A stretch of 34,455 nt of DNA from Lenisia limosa (Eukaryota > Protista > Breviatea). Below the pieces are notes generated by a model, which was not told where the DNA came from, ran no database searches, and saw only the letters and a program-made list of their open reading frames with translations. The stretch is from NCBI GenBank assembly GCA_001655205.1, contig LPNZ01006643.1, forward strand, positions 1-34,455. The letters run 5' to 3'. Positions 1 through 11,587 of this stretch are shown piece after piece; positions within the stretch are counted from its first letter, which is position 1, and each line of letters starts with the position of its first letter. The position numbers were made by a program, and so were the translations under genes.

Positions 1-109
1 TGAATTTGTTGAAATTCAAGTTAAAATACAAATTATGACAGTGGTGTGCTTGTCTGTTTGAATAATAGATTCACTGAGAATTTGATGAGGTTTATATTGA
101 CCTTCTCAG

Positions 110-3100
110 GAAAGACCGAGCTTATCACACACTGTGCTAAGGACCTCGGAATAGAACTTGTTGAATTTTCTCAGGCACCGTTCTACAGAGAACTGGGTTA
201 GCGAATACTGTCGGATATTTTTGGGCAATAGATCAAAATCGAAATTTACATATTATAGTATAGAAATACTATGTTCTGTGAAATTTGACTGAGTTTTGGA
301 TTTTGGTCATCTTTAAATATGAAGCACCAAAATGACAATAGCGGATAGTTTTTNNNNNNNNNNNNNNNNNNNNNNNNNNNNNNNNNNNNNNNNNNNNNNN
401 NNNNNNNNNNNNNNNNNNNNNNNNNNNNNNNNNNNNNNNNNNNNNNNNNNNNNNNNCTATGACTGATGATCCCTTTGTCGACAAGAGATCATACCTTGAT
501 GTACGTTTGGTTTCTATCATATGAGATACAGTTTTATAAGCAGTGTATTTTCTTATATTATTCTATACATCCACCATTCCACCCATATCGCTTCTACAAA
601 GATAATATTATAGTTTTTGAGTGACAAAGTTTACTCAAAATTTCCCTTATTTTTTTAGGATTTGGACGAGGGTCGAGCAAATGAGTTTGAAGAATTCCTT
701 ATTAAGTCATCATTCCCAACTCTGAAGCAGAAAACTGACACCAATAAACCAGGTACAGCAAAAGCTATCTTATTGTCTTTTAAATCATGGCATGGACAGC
801 TTCCGCCTCTGTCCAACAAAATATCAGTCTCATTTGTATCAATTCCTGTTTTTATGACATTGTAGACCACCCAGTCTTAATGAAGCGCTCAAGTGCCAAA
901 CGAAGCATCCCAACGTTCCAACTGCAGCCTCCTCAAAATGCCCCCGAGTTCAGCAGTCAAAACCCTCCATTAAGTCATGACCAGCAGTGGGGGCTAAGCT
1001 CTACCCAGTCCCAACAAAACACTCAGCAGACCCACCCCTGGATCCCCGGCTATCAAGATCCTCAACAAAACACTCCCCTCTCTCAATTTGAGATTTCTAT
1101 TTCTCCGTTTCAATCTTCACAAAGCAGCCAGATAAAGCAAGATCGCATCATTTCACGGTTTGTTGAAGAGTCATATAGTAATATCAACTTTAAATCATGA
1201 ATATTGGTCTGTTTTTTATTGAAATGAAAACACTTCCAATTTCAGGAGTTACTTTCAGGTTTGAGGTTCCTTCAAAAAAGAAAAAGAAGAAGTTCATCCC
1301 CACCCCTGTTGTCCCCCTGCCTGTTCCATGCAACGCCAGGTTTGCCTAAAATCCTTGAGAACTTGGCCTTTTATTGTATACAAAAGTTTGATTTACAGAG
1401 TTTCCCTAAGGTTCGAGTTAAAATTGTAATTCAATTCGAGATATTCGATCTTTTTATGACTGAAGGGATCGTATTGATACAGTAGAACTTCTTGTTATTT
1501 TCTGGTTATTATTTACTAAGACCTGATCTTTAGAGGCAACCATGTACCGGCCCCCATTCGCCACCAGTCTAGTGCCATGCATCCTCCCCCCTCAGTCGGT
1601 GGAAGAGCAATGAACTGTAGATCGAATACTGCCATTTCTTTTGAAATTAGATATTTATTCTCATGACAGCTCATGCCTTTTATCCGTTGCCCCCCTCTAT
1701 CTTTTTTGGCCAGCTTTTCCAGTCGCATTGCTTATCTTTTAGGATGCTTCATTCTTCGGTTCAATGCCTCAAGTCAATCCAAGAGGTCCACAGAATAGCT
1801 ATTCCAACCACCAGCAATACTCTCAGAATGCAAGCTCATTTGGCTTCTCAATTCATCGAGGCCCCTCCCAATTCCCCACTCAATCCCAACACTCACATGT
1901 TCCCACTCAATCAAACCCATATTCCCAATTCAATCAACCCCAGCCAGTCCAACAACTCCCTAAGCCTCATCACAGCGGTCCAATCAAACCCCCTTCAGCT
2001 CAATACCATAAACCTGAGGTACGTGGTGCACAGAGAGGGTATTTGGTTTTGAGGAAAACTGCGTTTCTAAAAATCTTAATTTTGCATTTTGACAGGGTAT
2101 CACAATGTTAGCTCTTTATACATGCCTATCATCTCATTGTTGCGCCTTAGCCTTGTACTTGAAATCCGTGTCATCAGACCGTAACATCTACCATTTGTTT
2201 ATTTTTTGTAGAACGCTAACTGTAAGAAGTTGGTTCTTATGGAGGATTTCATCGACTTTAAGCCAGCGTTTGGCTCCTCAAATCAGGCCCCTCCTTATGC
2301 AAGGGTATTTCTGATCTTTTATGATCTGATCTTTTAGATATTCTCAGGCGCTTTGAAGAAGGCTGGCGTGTGCAGTGGTATTGTGATTGTGACGGATAGA
2401 GAGTAGGTGGAGTGCGCTTTATCTAAACCTACCGCTACCGTACTATTTGTAGTCTGACAGGTGTCATTTTTTGAACTTCTTATTGTTTAGTTTTGTTTAC
2501 CGTTTACCTAGAGAGCTGAGAGATCGAAGTAAAGCGTTGCTTGTCAAGTGAGAAGGAACATATTTGTCATATTCTAGTTCTTGATGTCGCCAATAGTTTA
2601 TTTGTGATAACGTCTTAACAGAAATTATGTGAATGTACCCTTTTGTTTTTTGCTGACTATCACAGGATCAACCCAGTCACCCAAGCCGCGATGACCACTA
2701 AGCTTGTCAAGGTTCGAAATAAGGATTTTCTCGGTTTAGTTAGTATCATATATAAGTAACACTACAGATATGTAAAGATGAAAATCTCAAAGTGTCCAAA
2801 GACTTAATTAGAAGCGTCATCAGAGATGCCAAGTTTGTTGGAGTCTTTGAAAGTCTCACCTTTTTTGAAATTTGCAAAAAAAATTCCTAATTTATCTCAA
2901 CCATTTCCAACATTCTCCCCAACCATACACAACCATAAACACCCCCATATTCAGCCAGGACCTAAGATCAGCGATCAACAACTTGCAAGTCTATGCTGGG
3001 GTCTCTCCAAAGAGGCAGAAGGCGCCGAAGACGTTTTTTATTGATGTGCCGCAGGGTGTCCGAGATCAGCTTTATCATAAGTAGGTCTTCACCTGGTTCG

Positions 3101-5950
3101 AAAAAGACTGGTAACATATCGATATTTTTCAAGTTGGACACGAACGTTGTCCCACGTTCCATCTTTGATACCGTAATTTATTATTTGAAGAAATTAATTG
3201 ATAAACTTTTAAAATGAAGGGTCTACATGCGTTTTTGTTCAAAAAATCCTAATTCAATTTCAAAAAACATGTTTTTCTGTACTCTATCATCTATTTTCGT
3301 ACTTGACATTCCAATATTGCATTGAGCATTATTAAGCCTTGGTGATCTTCACTTACCCAATTAGGCAGCACAAGAAGATTGATCATAATGATCTATCGTA
3401 CAATCTCTTCCATGCTTGCTCGAAAGTGGTGTCCAATAAACGTTAGTCATATTGATGGTAACAATTACAGATAATTTATTTTGGGTTTTTCCGAACTAAT
3501 TATCCCCAAAGTATAAATTCGTAAATTCAGCTGGCCAATTTTTTTTTTTTTTTTTTTTTNNNNNNNNNNNNNNNNNNNNNNNNNNNNNNNNNNNNNNNNN
3601 NNNNNNNNNNNNNNNNNNNNNNNNNNNNNNNNNNNNNNNTCTAATTATTATTTCACATATCCCTTGAAAAGATGTAAGTGACTGAGGGAAATTGCCTTAA
3701 CTATCATCACATACACAAGTATACTATACTCTCACTACATGAAACATATGTGTGACATTCTTGCATATCATCTACATGTAGTGGTGTATTACATTCTTGC
3801 ATATCATCTACATGTAGTGGTGTATTACATTCTTGCATATCATCTACATGGTGGTGTAGTTTTATAACCCACATTTGAGTTTAATATCTAAGGTGGAGAA
3901 CATAGTACTGAGTCGCCCCTACCAAATGGACACCGAAGAGGAACACAATATCGAAGGTAGGCTTCGTGTTGCTTGTGTTTTATCCCCAAAACTCCTTTTG
4001 ATCTCATGGCACTTCACAAACCATCTCTTTTCATTGCGTTGAGTCGTCAGCCAATATTTTTCTTGGTCGATTCCGGACAGCATTTTGTCTCGATATATTT
4101 CATGAATCATTACTGTAATATGTACACAATTATATGATGCTCGTTTTGCTCTGAATAATGTGTTTGTAGGCCCTTCAGAGAGGAACCTGAAGATATATTT
4201 GCACAGTCTCATAGTGAGTTGTTTTTATGTGTTTTCAGTTTAAAATTACTATGCAACAACCATAGTAAACATGATTGTGTGGGCAATTTCATTCAGATCA
4301 CATCGTTCCTCGATTCCACATCTTGTTTTGGAAAGCCCAGAAACTAACCATTCACAGCGGACGCTCTCAATTTCTTGGATTATGTGGCCGAGAATATGTC
4401 ACTTTGGCACCAACACCCTTCCGACCTAACGTAGGCTTCCGAATAGACCCTAAGGGTTATTGGGTTTATGACAGAATTTTTTTATTCAAGATCCCCCTTT
4501 TAAGGGAGTAGTAAATCTTATACTTTGTCTTTTTAACTTCTGCCGCATTCCAATAACTCTTTTTAGATTTGCCTATGAACACATTCTCTTTGCTGAAAGA
4601 CTTCTTCATTTTGAGGTTGGGAACCTGTACTCTTTTCAACTTTTTCTGATTCAGCTCAGCCCGACAAAAAAATTCATTTTATCAGATTACACCTAATATT
4701 TTTGTTTATAATTAAAGCACTTACCATTTAGCATCGGGAGTATATGGCGGATATGGCTGTTTCTGTTGGCTTAAGAGGAGCCATGTTTGCTCCTGAGCAA
4801 GGCGCAGTCGCTATAACTAAGTTTGTTTAGTACAACTCAAAATTAATATTAATAAGTATCGGTATTATTCGTAGCTACTTTAGTACTGTGTCTGCTGTCT
4901 AAGACAGAATTTGAATCAATTGTCAAAAATCATCAGTTTATAAAAGAATATCAGCTTTGCTTGATTTTAGCGTCGGTGTTAGACTTTTCAAAACTGAATT
5001 GATTGAATTATGATATCCTCAGATTGCTCCAAACAAAGAAGCCAATAATGCGCGAAATCAAGGCGCAATCCCGCGCTCTACGGGACTCAGTAGATGCAGC
5101 TTTCCCCCCACGACCCCCTCTCTTCTCTGTATGCTATATCAGCTTCAAAGACTGTATACCTGTATCTAGGGCTTCCCTATGCTCCCAAAAAAGGACCGCT
5201 TGGCCATTCTTCGTCAGATTGTATGGAAGCCCCAATATAATGAGTAGTGTATTTATATAATACCCACATGCTTATATCATATACTATGTACATGTGACAG
5301 GTTGTGAAAGAAAGTACCAATGCCTATGAAGTTTTTCGAGGGAAGCACCATAATTCTCTGGTCTTACAAAACTACACAGGACAGCAGCCCACCCTACGGT
5401 GCTCTGTTTGAAAACGGCAAATGGATTGATGGGAGAGTTTGCCCTATTATTTCTGGCCCGGCCCGATTTAAGAACCTCCAGGACATGTCGTACCATTTGC
5501 CGCAGTCTAGTGGGGGGGGGGGCGATTCACTCAATCAGTCCGTTTGGCGATTCTTGTAATGCCGATTAGAAGGCTTCGTATCTTACCCTCAAATCCTATC
5601 CTATCCGTCAAATAGCGTACATTTATCTCTAGCAGAATTAACCCGTCTAGTGCCTGACGTGCAAAAGATAACTCTCGACCAACTTAACACGCACAACATT
5701 CGGCTTGATAAACTTGATGTACGTTTTGGCCTCTTCAACCTTGCTGTTGAACATCCTTTCTGCAAATGTTATCTGGGTATTCCCTCCACTTTGTCCCTTT
5801 TTGACTCTTTTTTTTTTCTCTATTCATATAATACAGCCTTGAATTACGTTTCAGGAAGAAGATGGGGACTTGGGGATGCTGGGTAAGTCAACCGATCGCA
5901 TCCAACGTCATGAGTTAATTCCCTATAACGCAGACCTAATTGAGGACTGA
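110..5950 (+). CDS. RAD17: Rad17/Rad24 checkpoint clamp loader large subunit (AAA+); multi-exon, 5' end lies outside the window
   Basis: Spliced exons reproduce Rad17 motifs in order: 110-196 Walker A GKTELITHCAKDLGIELVEF; 659-752 DLDEGRANEFEEFLIKSSFPTL (cf. human FKEFLLRATKYNKL); 2212-2304 KKLVLMEDF (Rad17-type Walker B, cf. KKIILVEDLP); ~2666-2712 KINPVTQAAMTTKLVK (cf. FNPVAPTIMMKFL); ~2955-3080 QDLRSAINNLQ (cf. GDIRSAINSLQ); ~3364-3441 DLSYNLFHACSKVVSNK (cf. LFLFRALGKILYCKR); ~4733-4819 HREYMADMAVSVGLRGAM (cf. LREYSTSIATRGVM); acidic tail EEDGDLGML|DLIED* ending TGA 5948-5950. Most joins checked are phase-compatible GT-AG; a few middle exons are uncertain. Confidence 0.9.
3756..3860. repeat. 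36-bp tandem minisatellite, ~2.9 copies, in a RAD17 intron
   Basis: Unit CATTCTTGCATATCATCTACATGTAGTGGTGTATTA starts at 3756, 3792 and 3828 (third copy degenerate at its end); head-to-tail with no spacers. Confidence 0.9.
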
Positions 5951-6421
5951 AACGTCCCTCAGTTTCTTCTGACAGGAGATTTCAAGAGGTCGCCGCAAAA
6001 ATGCCCAATCCTTATTGTTCTTGTTGCTGAGTTTAGCACGTGCTAGGGCTTGATGAAATTCATGAGTTTTGAACACTGGCAACCTGTCAACGTGTGAACA
6101 CAATGTGAACAACAAACAAATATTACTATCGGCTCTACATAATCGAAACCCCATAATTCAAATTATATTATTATATGAGGAGAGTAGAAGAAAGTAGTTC
6201 CCCGTTCGCCGGCGGGTCTAACTCCGACTTCACCTTTCATAACGGAACCAGAGAAGAGGACCCGTCGGCGGATCGGGAAGAAAGAGACGTGTTGAAGCAG
6301 AAATTCAAAGATCCTCCGTCATCAAGCGTCGTACAAGCCACAAGCCCGCAACCCTTCCTCTGCTCCAATAATAACAACTAAATTCCTACATTCCCACTAA
6401 TATACAGGACCATTGAAGGCA

Positions 6422-9400
6422 ATGCCGTACCGAATGATCATTCTCTTGGCCACATATCTTCTTCTTCACTTTGTCGCCTCGGCACTGTAGGTCGGGCCTC
6501 ACTGAGTATCGAGTGAGTATCATTTGTCCAGAGAGTTATCTATTTCCACTTTGGTGTAGATATGATGCCCTTTGTCTTTTTAAATAAGCTGTTTCCCAAG
6601 CTCAATCTCAATAACATGTCGATCTTTACCCACCTTTCCTGTTCTCATTTTCAGAGTTCTGGATGCAAAGAATGGACTAGAAGCCTCATTTGATGGTTGG
6701 TGCAGACTTTCAAAATCATTTGTTTCCTGGTATTTTTCTTTGTCATTGTATTTTTTTTTATCTATGTCCATCACCATCAATCTTCTTCTTCTCGCTCCCT
6801 CTAGATTTTTATCTTTTTGATATATTTTTTTTTCGGTGGGTTGCCTCTCAGTTCTCATCAATATTGATTTGATTTGGGATTTTTTTGTTTNNNNNNNNNN
6901 NNNNNNNNNNNNNNNNNNNNNNNNNNNNNNNNNNNNNNNNNNNNNNNNNNNNNNNNNNNNNNNNNNNNNNNNNNNNNNNNNNNNNNNNNNNNNNNNNNNN
7001 NNNNNNNNNTCTGTAGATGAGCTTATTGCCCTGATCCAGCAATATGGGGTAGGTGGGAACATTAATATTAGGGAATGTTGGTTGTACTTCAAATGAATGC
7101 TTACGACTGTACATATTTGATTACGTAGGGAGAATGCTTATGACTGTACATATTTGATTACGCAGGGAGAATTACCTTATTTGACGATGCAGGAATCAAC
7201 ATTCCGAAGCAGTGTTATGAGCACCACCACAACGTTCCTCGGTTCCCTTCCTGGTTGGGTGGTATTATCTCTTAAGACAAACAATTGGGTGATTGAATAG
7301 TATCAGATTATCACATGTATTAATGACTTCAGCCTTTCTCGTTGAATTTTTCATTTCGGCATCTAATACCAAATAGATAAGAAAAGGTGACTGTAATCCT
7401 TATTTAATCTGGTTGATATTAATACAATATCAGCCTGCTCCAAATCCTTTGTTCTGTCTTCACCATTTCCATGCAAATCTGCAAACAAGCTTCCTCACCC
7501 CACAGCTACATGGACCTCAGTCATGTCACTGACAGTTCCAATGACCGTGTATTCCAAGGTCATAGTTCGAGCCGAGATCTGTGCTGTGGTACGCAGATAA
7601 ATTGTAGCAAAAATGAAACAAGTAATGGTTATATGTACGTAATAATACGATGTGAAAAATAGAAATTACAATGTCAACCTATATTATCAAACCATTATTC
7701 CATACATTGTCTTTGTTTGAAGTAGTATTTTCTTTTTTTTGAAGACAGATATTGTTCTATCTTTTTAGCTATCTATTTGACCATTTGGTGCCACGTACTC
7801 AACAGTTAAGTGACAGTTTAGATTACTGGTGCGAACCTAATGCAATGTCGCTTCAATGATGGTAGGCTATCCTTAGGGTGTCACACCGTATATAACCTTA
7901 GAGGGGATAGAAGACAAGCCAATAAAGCTGCTTCTTGCAAAATGCACAAAATTCACGAACTAGTTTCTTTACTGTGAAAAGCCACGTTTTCTTTTTACCA
8001 GCCATAGACCTCCATCATCGAATTGTCGGACGGCCAAAAGCAGATGGTTTGTGATTGGGACATTAAAGCCGTTGTAAAATATAGTTATGTTGATATCAAT
8101 ACTGTTTAACCTTTGTTCAATTGTCTCTTTTCATTGTTGAATTAGGTTCTTAAAGCCCAGTTTTCTCCATTCTAGGTGATTATCGTTTCATCCAGAACAC
8201 AAATCAGTAACACAGCAGGGCTCATATGTCTTCCAATGACAACGTTCCTCGAGGGCTCTTCCGATATTATAGTCGACGTAAGCGGTAGTGAAGACAATGA
8301 GGGCTTCAATTAGTTCCCAAATAAGACATATTAATCCTAGACAACTCTTGATATTTTTCATCCTCTCTCGCCTGGTCAAAATACCAGCTTTTTCAAGGCA
8401 GCCTTGAAGATTCAATGGATTATATGCCTGTATCGTAACTCCCCAGATTAACTGCCAAGCCGCAGCTGGTGTTACGTTTGTCGGTGAATATTTAGGGAAG
8501 ACTATTGTCAATACTCTCTCTACGGGTAGGCCTGGAGAACAGAATCTTTGAAATGGTGGTGTCCCCCAGTAACCTCTCTGCATCCTAAGAATGGTATTTT
8601 TTTAATTGACATTTATAGCTACCATTCGTGGAGGATTTGATTCAACGGTTGCGGTCGGAATCACGGAAACTGTCACGTCGAACGCTCCCCAGACTAGTGA
8701 GCTCTTCTTCACTCGCACATACCTTGTGCTTTCCTCGGAAGAAGATTCAACTTTTGTGACAGATAGCCCTTTATTTTTTTGCTTTTCAAAAAAAACAACT
8801 GCAAATCTAGGCACCATTAATGCCACAGATTCAGCAGTTTTCAGTGCCGTTCCAAATTGGAATACTTCCATCACCGCTTCCGAGCCATCCATCGCCCTTT
8901 CCATCATGGACATTAGCACGCAAGTGTCCGGGTCAAATTGGTTCAACCCTGTTACTACTCTCACTGGTAAGGGGCAGACATTGATCATACAATTGAAGAA
9001 TTATCATATTCAATTGAAAACCAGAGTTTTTTTCTGAAGGTAGTCAGGGTTGGAGAGAAATCCTGCTTTAGCTTCAGATATCAACTATAAATTGCGACTT
9101 ATTAACTGAGCACATTTAACCAGTCAGGTCAACTAATCTAGTTGTCAATATCTCTTGTTTACTTATCATTTTTTTTGCTCATGGTGAAGTCATATTAATG
9201 TGTAAGGTGACACCAGAACAGTCCATGGAAGCCATTGGCAATTCGCTGTCAACTACGCAATCAGCCCAGTTCGGGTATCTGAGGTGTCCCCTGGTACGCG
9301 TGGGATGGGTCAATGGAAATATTGTTTTTGATATTATTTTATAAGTAATATATCTATTGTTTTTTATGAGCGAGGACATTATTGGAAGAAAACGGACATT

Positions 9401-11411
9401 GTTGAAGCATACCATATGATATTATATATGATACAGTAAATAGATGATCATATGAATATACTACACAAACTACATGCGCAACGATGAGCCTCTAATAACA
9501 TGTCAAGGTCCAGTCAGTACCACGCTTCAACAAGGCCAAGGAGTAGGGTAAGTGAGAAACAATATCGTTTCCACCATGGTCAGTTATCATAACAGTTGAT
9601 CACATTAGCTCTTCATGTATTCTCCCCTGAATATTTTACTCTTTTTACTGGGTCAATCTCTTTTGTCAACTAGTTGGACGGATTCATATGATTTATACTA
9701 ATTAGAGCTTCTCTACGCTCCCTGAATAACTCCAATTGTGATTGTAATCATAGGGCAGTTCTAACAACATCTGCTTATGAAAACCTATTCCAATATAGAA
9801 TACAGGGTCTCATACTTAGAACTATCGTTGTCCGAAATGGCCAAATTAACCTGGCTGCCATCCCAAGGACGAAGATTAACGACTATGACTAGTAAGTCGG
9901 GGTTCAGGAAGTAATTCTGGGGTAATAATTCCTTTTTCACAACTATTTCCCAAATGCTATTTTTTATTTCGACATCTCTGTATTATATTTATTTAATGCA
10001 AACTTCTCTCCATAATTGGTGATTTTAATTGGCAAATGACTGGGGGAAATATTTTTTTGATACATCAATATGTTTGATGAAAATGATGTGGATGGATTTG
10101 ACCAGATACTCCTTTTACTTCTCATTCTGCACCCAGCTCAGTCACAATAAGGTTATTTCTCTATATCATAAGGAAACAAACATAAAATGAAGCAGTTTTC
10201 TCTCATCAGTATTTCTGTCAAAAGAAAGACAGAATTTAGGCTTATACCCATAATGAATAACACCACAACATACTAACATGTGTACGTGACGTGAGCTCTG
10301 TATTGTTAGTTACATATAGCAATGAATAACCCTCCCAACTGTTTCACATTTTACGTTCAAGCTCCGACCGCGTTGTGGATATCAGCTTTGCATCTGAATT
10401 GTTTGCTGGGGGGTGTGGAATAGTGGTGTATATTCGAACTACTTCTTGATACATTTTAGCCTAACTGAATTTGCCATTTTGTTCACTGTGATCTCTGTAT
10501 CACTGTTTCAGTTTGATCGAATCAAAGACGTTTGCTCTAAATAAGCAGTCTGCGGTTTTGCTCTTTGCATCTTTCGGTGTCAATCCAACTGCTCCCCTAT
10601 TTACGGTCAATTTCTATGTGGGTGTCTGACTGCGTTGTGCGTGGTAACAACATAAAACACCACAATCAAACCTCAGTGTAAGAAGTTTTCTTGGAATTGG
10701 GTAAAGGGTTTATATATTGGGCTCGGTTAAGACTGCGTAACGAATCTGGTTTTGTAGACCTGTTTGAGTGTACCAAGTCTTAAGTTTTATTTGTTTATGG
10801 AATTTTTGGAGAAGAATGTACACTGTATTGTTCACAACCCAGGCAAACAACCATCTAATTGGCACCAAAGTGGTCGGATCGTGTGGTGTTAGTGGATCCG
10901 ATTCAGGTCTTCATCCTTCATGGTGAGTATGGTGCTTGGCCACAGGGGGTGGAAATGCCGACTTTGAAAAAAGTTAAAGTAGGCCAATTGAACCGGTGGT
11001 TTCACGAAGAAGTCTTCATACTTTTTTGTTGAGAAAGTTTCCAACCTTGTGGGCATTCTGGATGATTGATTTGGCAATCATGTAATCATAGTGGCCTTTT
11101 ATTTCCAAATAAATTATGCACCTCAGGTTTGCTACTTTGCCCCCTGGCCTCTACACGTTTTCAGCGTCAATCCAAGGATCCGTGGGGGGGGGGNNNNNNN
11201 NNNNNNNNNNNNNNNNNNNNNNNNNNNNNNNNNNNNNNNNNNNNNNNNNNNNNNNNNNNNNNNNNNNNNNNNNNCGTGATGGTGAACGGCTTCTGCCAAC
11301 CTATTTCTATTTCTCATCTCTATTCTGACATAATAATAGGGGACCACTTACGACGCAAGCAGCTATGGAATCATTTGGGACAACCACCTCAATACCATCG
11401 TCCTAAACTAA
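6422..11411 (+). CDS. Hypothetical secreted/surface Ser/Thr-rich, beta-strand-rich protein; multi-exon, interrupted by gaps, 3' end approximate
   Basis: Exon 1 (6422-6486) encodes a signal-peptide-like MPYRMIILLATYLLLHFVASA followed by a GTAGGT donor. Phase-compatible later exons include LELSISTLV|VLDAKNGLEASFDGWCRL, ITGANLMQCRFND, FNGLYACIVTPQINCQAAAGVTFVGEYLG, AVFSAVPNWNTSITASEPSIALSIMDISTQVSGSNWFNPVTTLTG, LIESKTFALNKQSAVLLFASFGVNPTAPLFTVNFY and FATLPPGLYTFSASIQGS|GTTYDASSYGIIWDNHLNTIVLN*. No family recognised; it could be more than one gene. Confidence 0.6.
7095..7172. repeat. 37-bp tandem repeat, ~2.1 copies, intronic
   Basis: GAATGCTTA(C/T)GACTGTACATATTTGATTACG(T/C)AGGGA at 7095 and 7132, partial third copy at 7169. 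Confidence 0.85.
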
Positions 11412-11587
11412 CTTGGAGTGATTCTAGTTCATACTGATGTTAAGTTTCTCGAGAGTGTTCTGTGACAAATAACTATTTCCGTTTCCAAGTCCAGCCAATA
11501 TTGTTTTGCGATCCCCCAAGAGTTACAAGCTATTGAAATTTTCATTTGTTGCATCACACATGCCATAAGTAGCTACCATTCCCGTCT

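Noticed and set aside
3756-3860. CRISPR-sized (36-bp) direct repeats, also 37-bp at 7095-7172
   Set aside because: Units are head-to-tail with no unique spacers, lie in spliceosomal introns, and no cas genes are present.
5936-6154. Minus-strand ORF whose stop overlaps the last RAD17 exon by 15 nt (possible overlapping convergent genes)
   Set aside because: No upstream exon or start could be joined in phase without a stop codon; likely a chance ORF.
6175-6381. 68-aa plus-strand ORF MRRVEESSS...NNNN upstream of the secreted-protein gene
   Set aside because: No phase-compatible donor links it to the 6422 exon and no motif is recognisable; could be a uORF or 5' UTR, but unsupported.
11270-11440. 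KH-like motif EVVVPNDSIAACV|VGRS on the minus strand
   Set aside because: Lacks a proper GxxG loop, and the plus strand gives a better phase-consistent exon (GTTYDASSYGIIWDNH) of the secreted protein.
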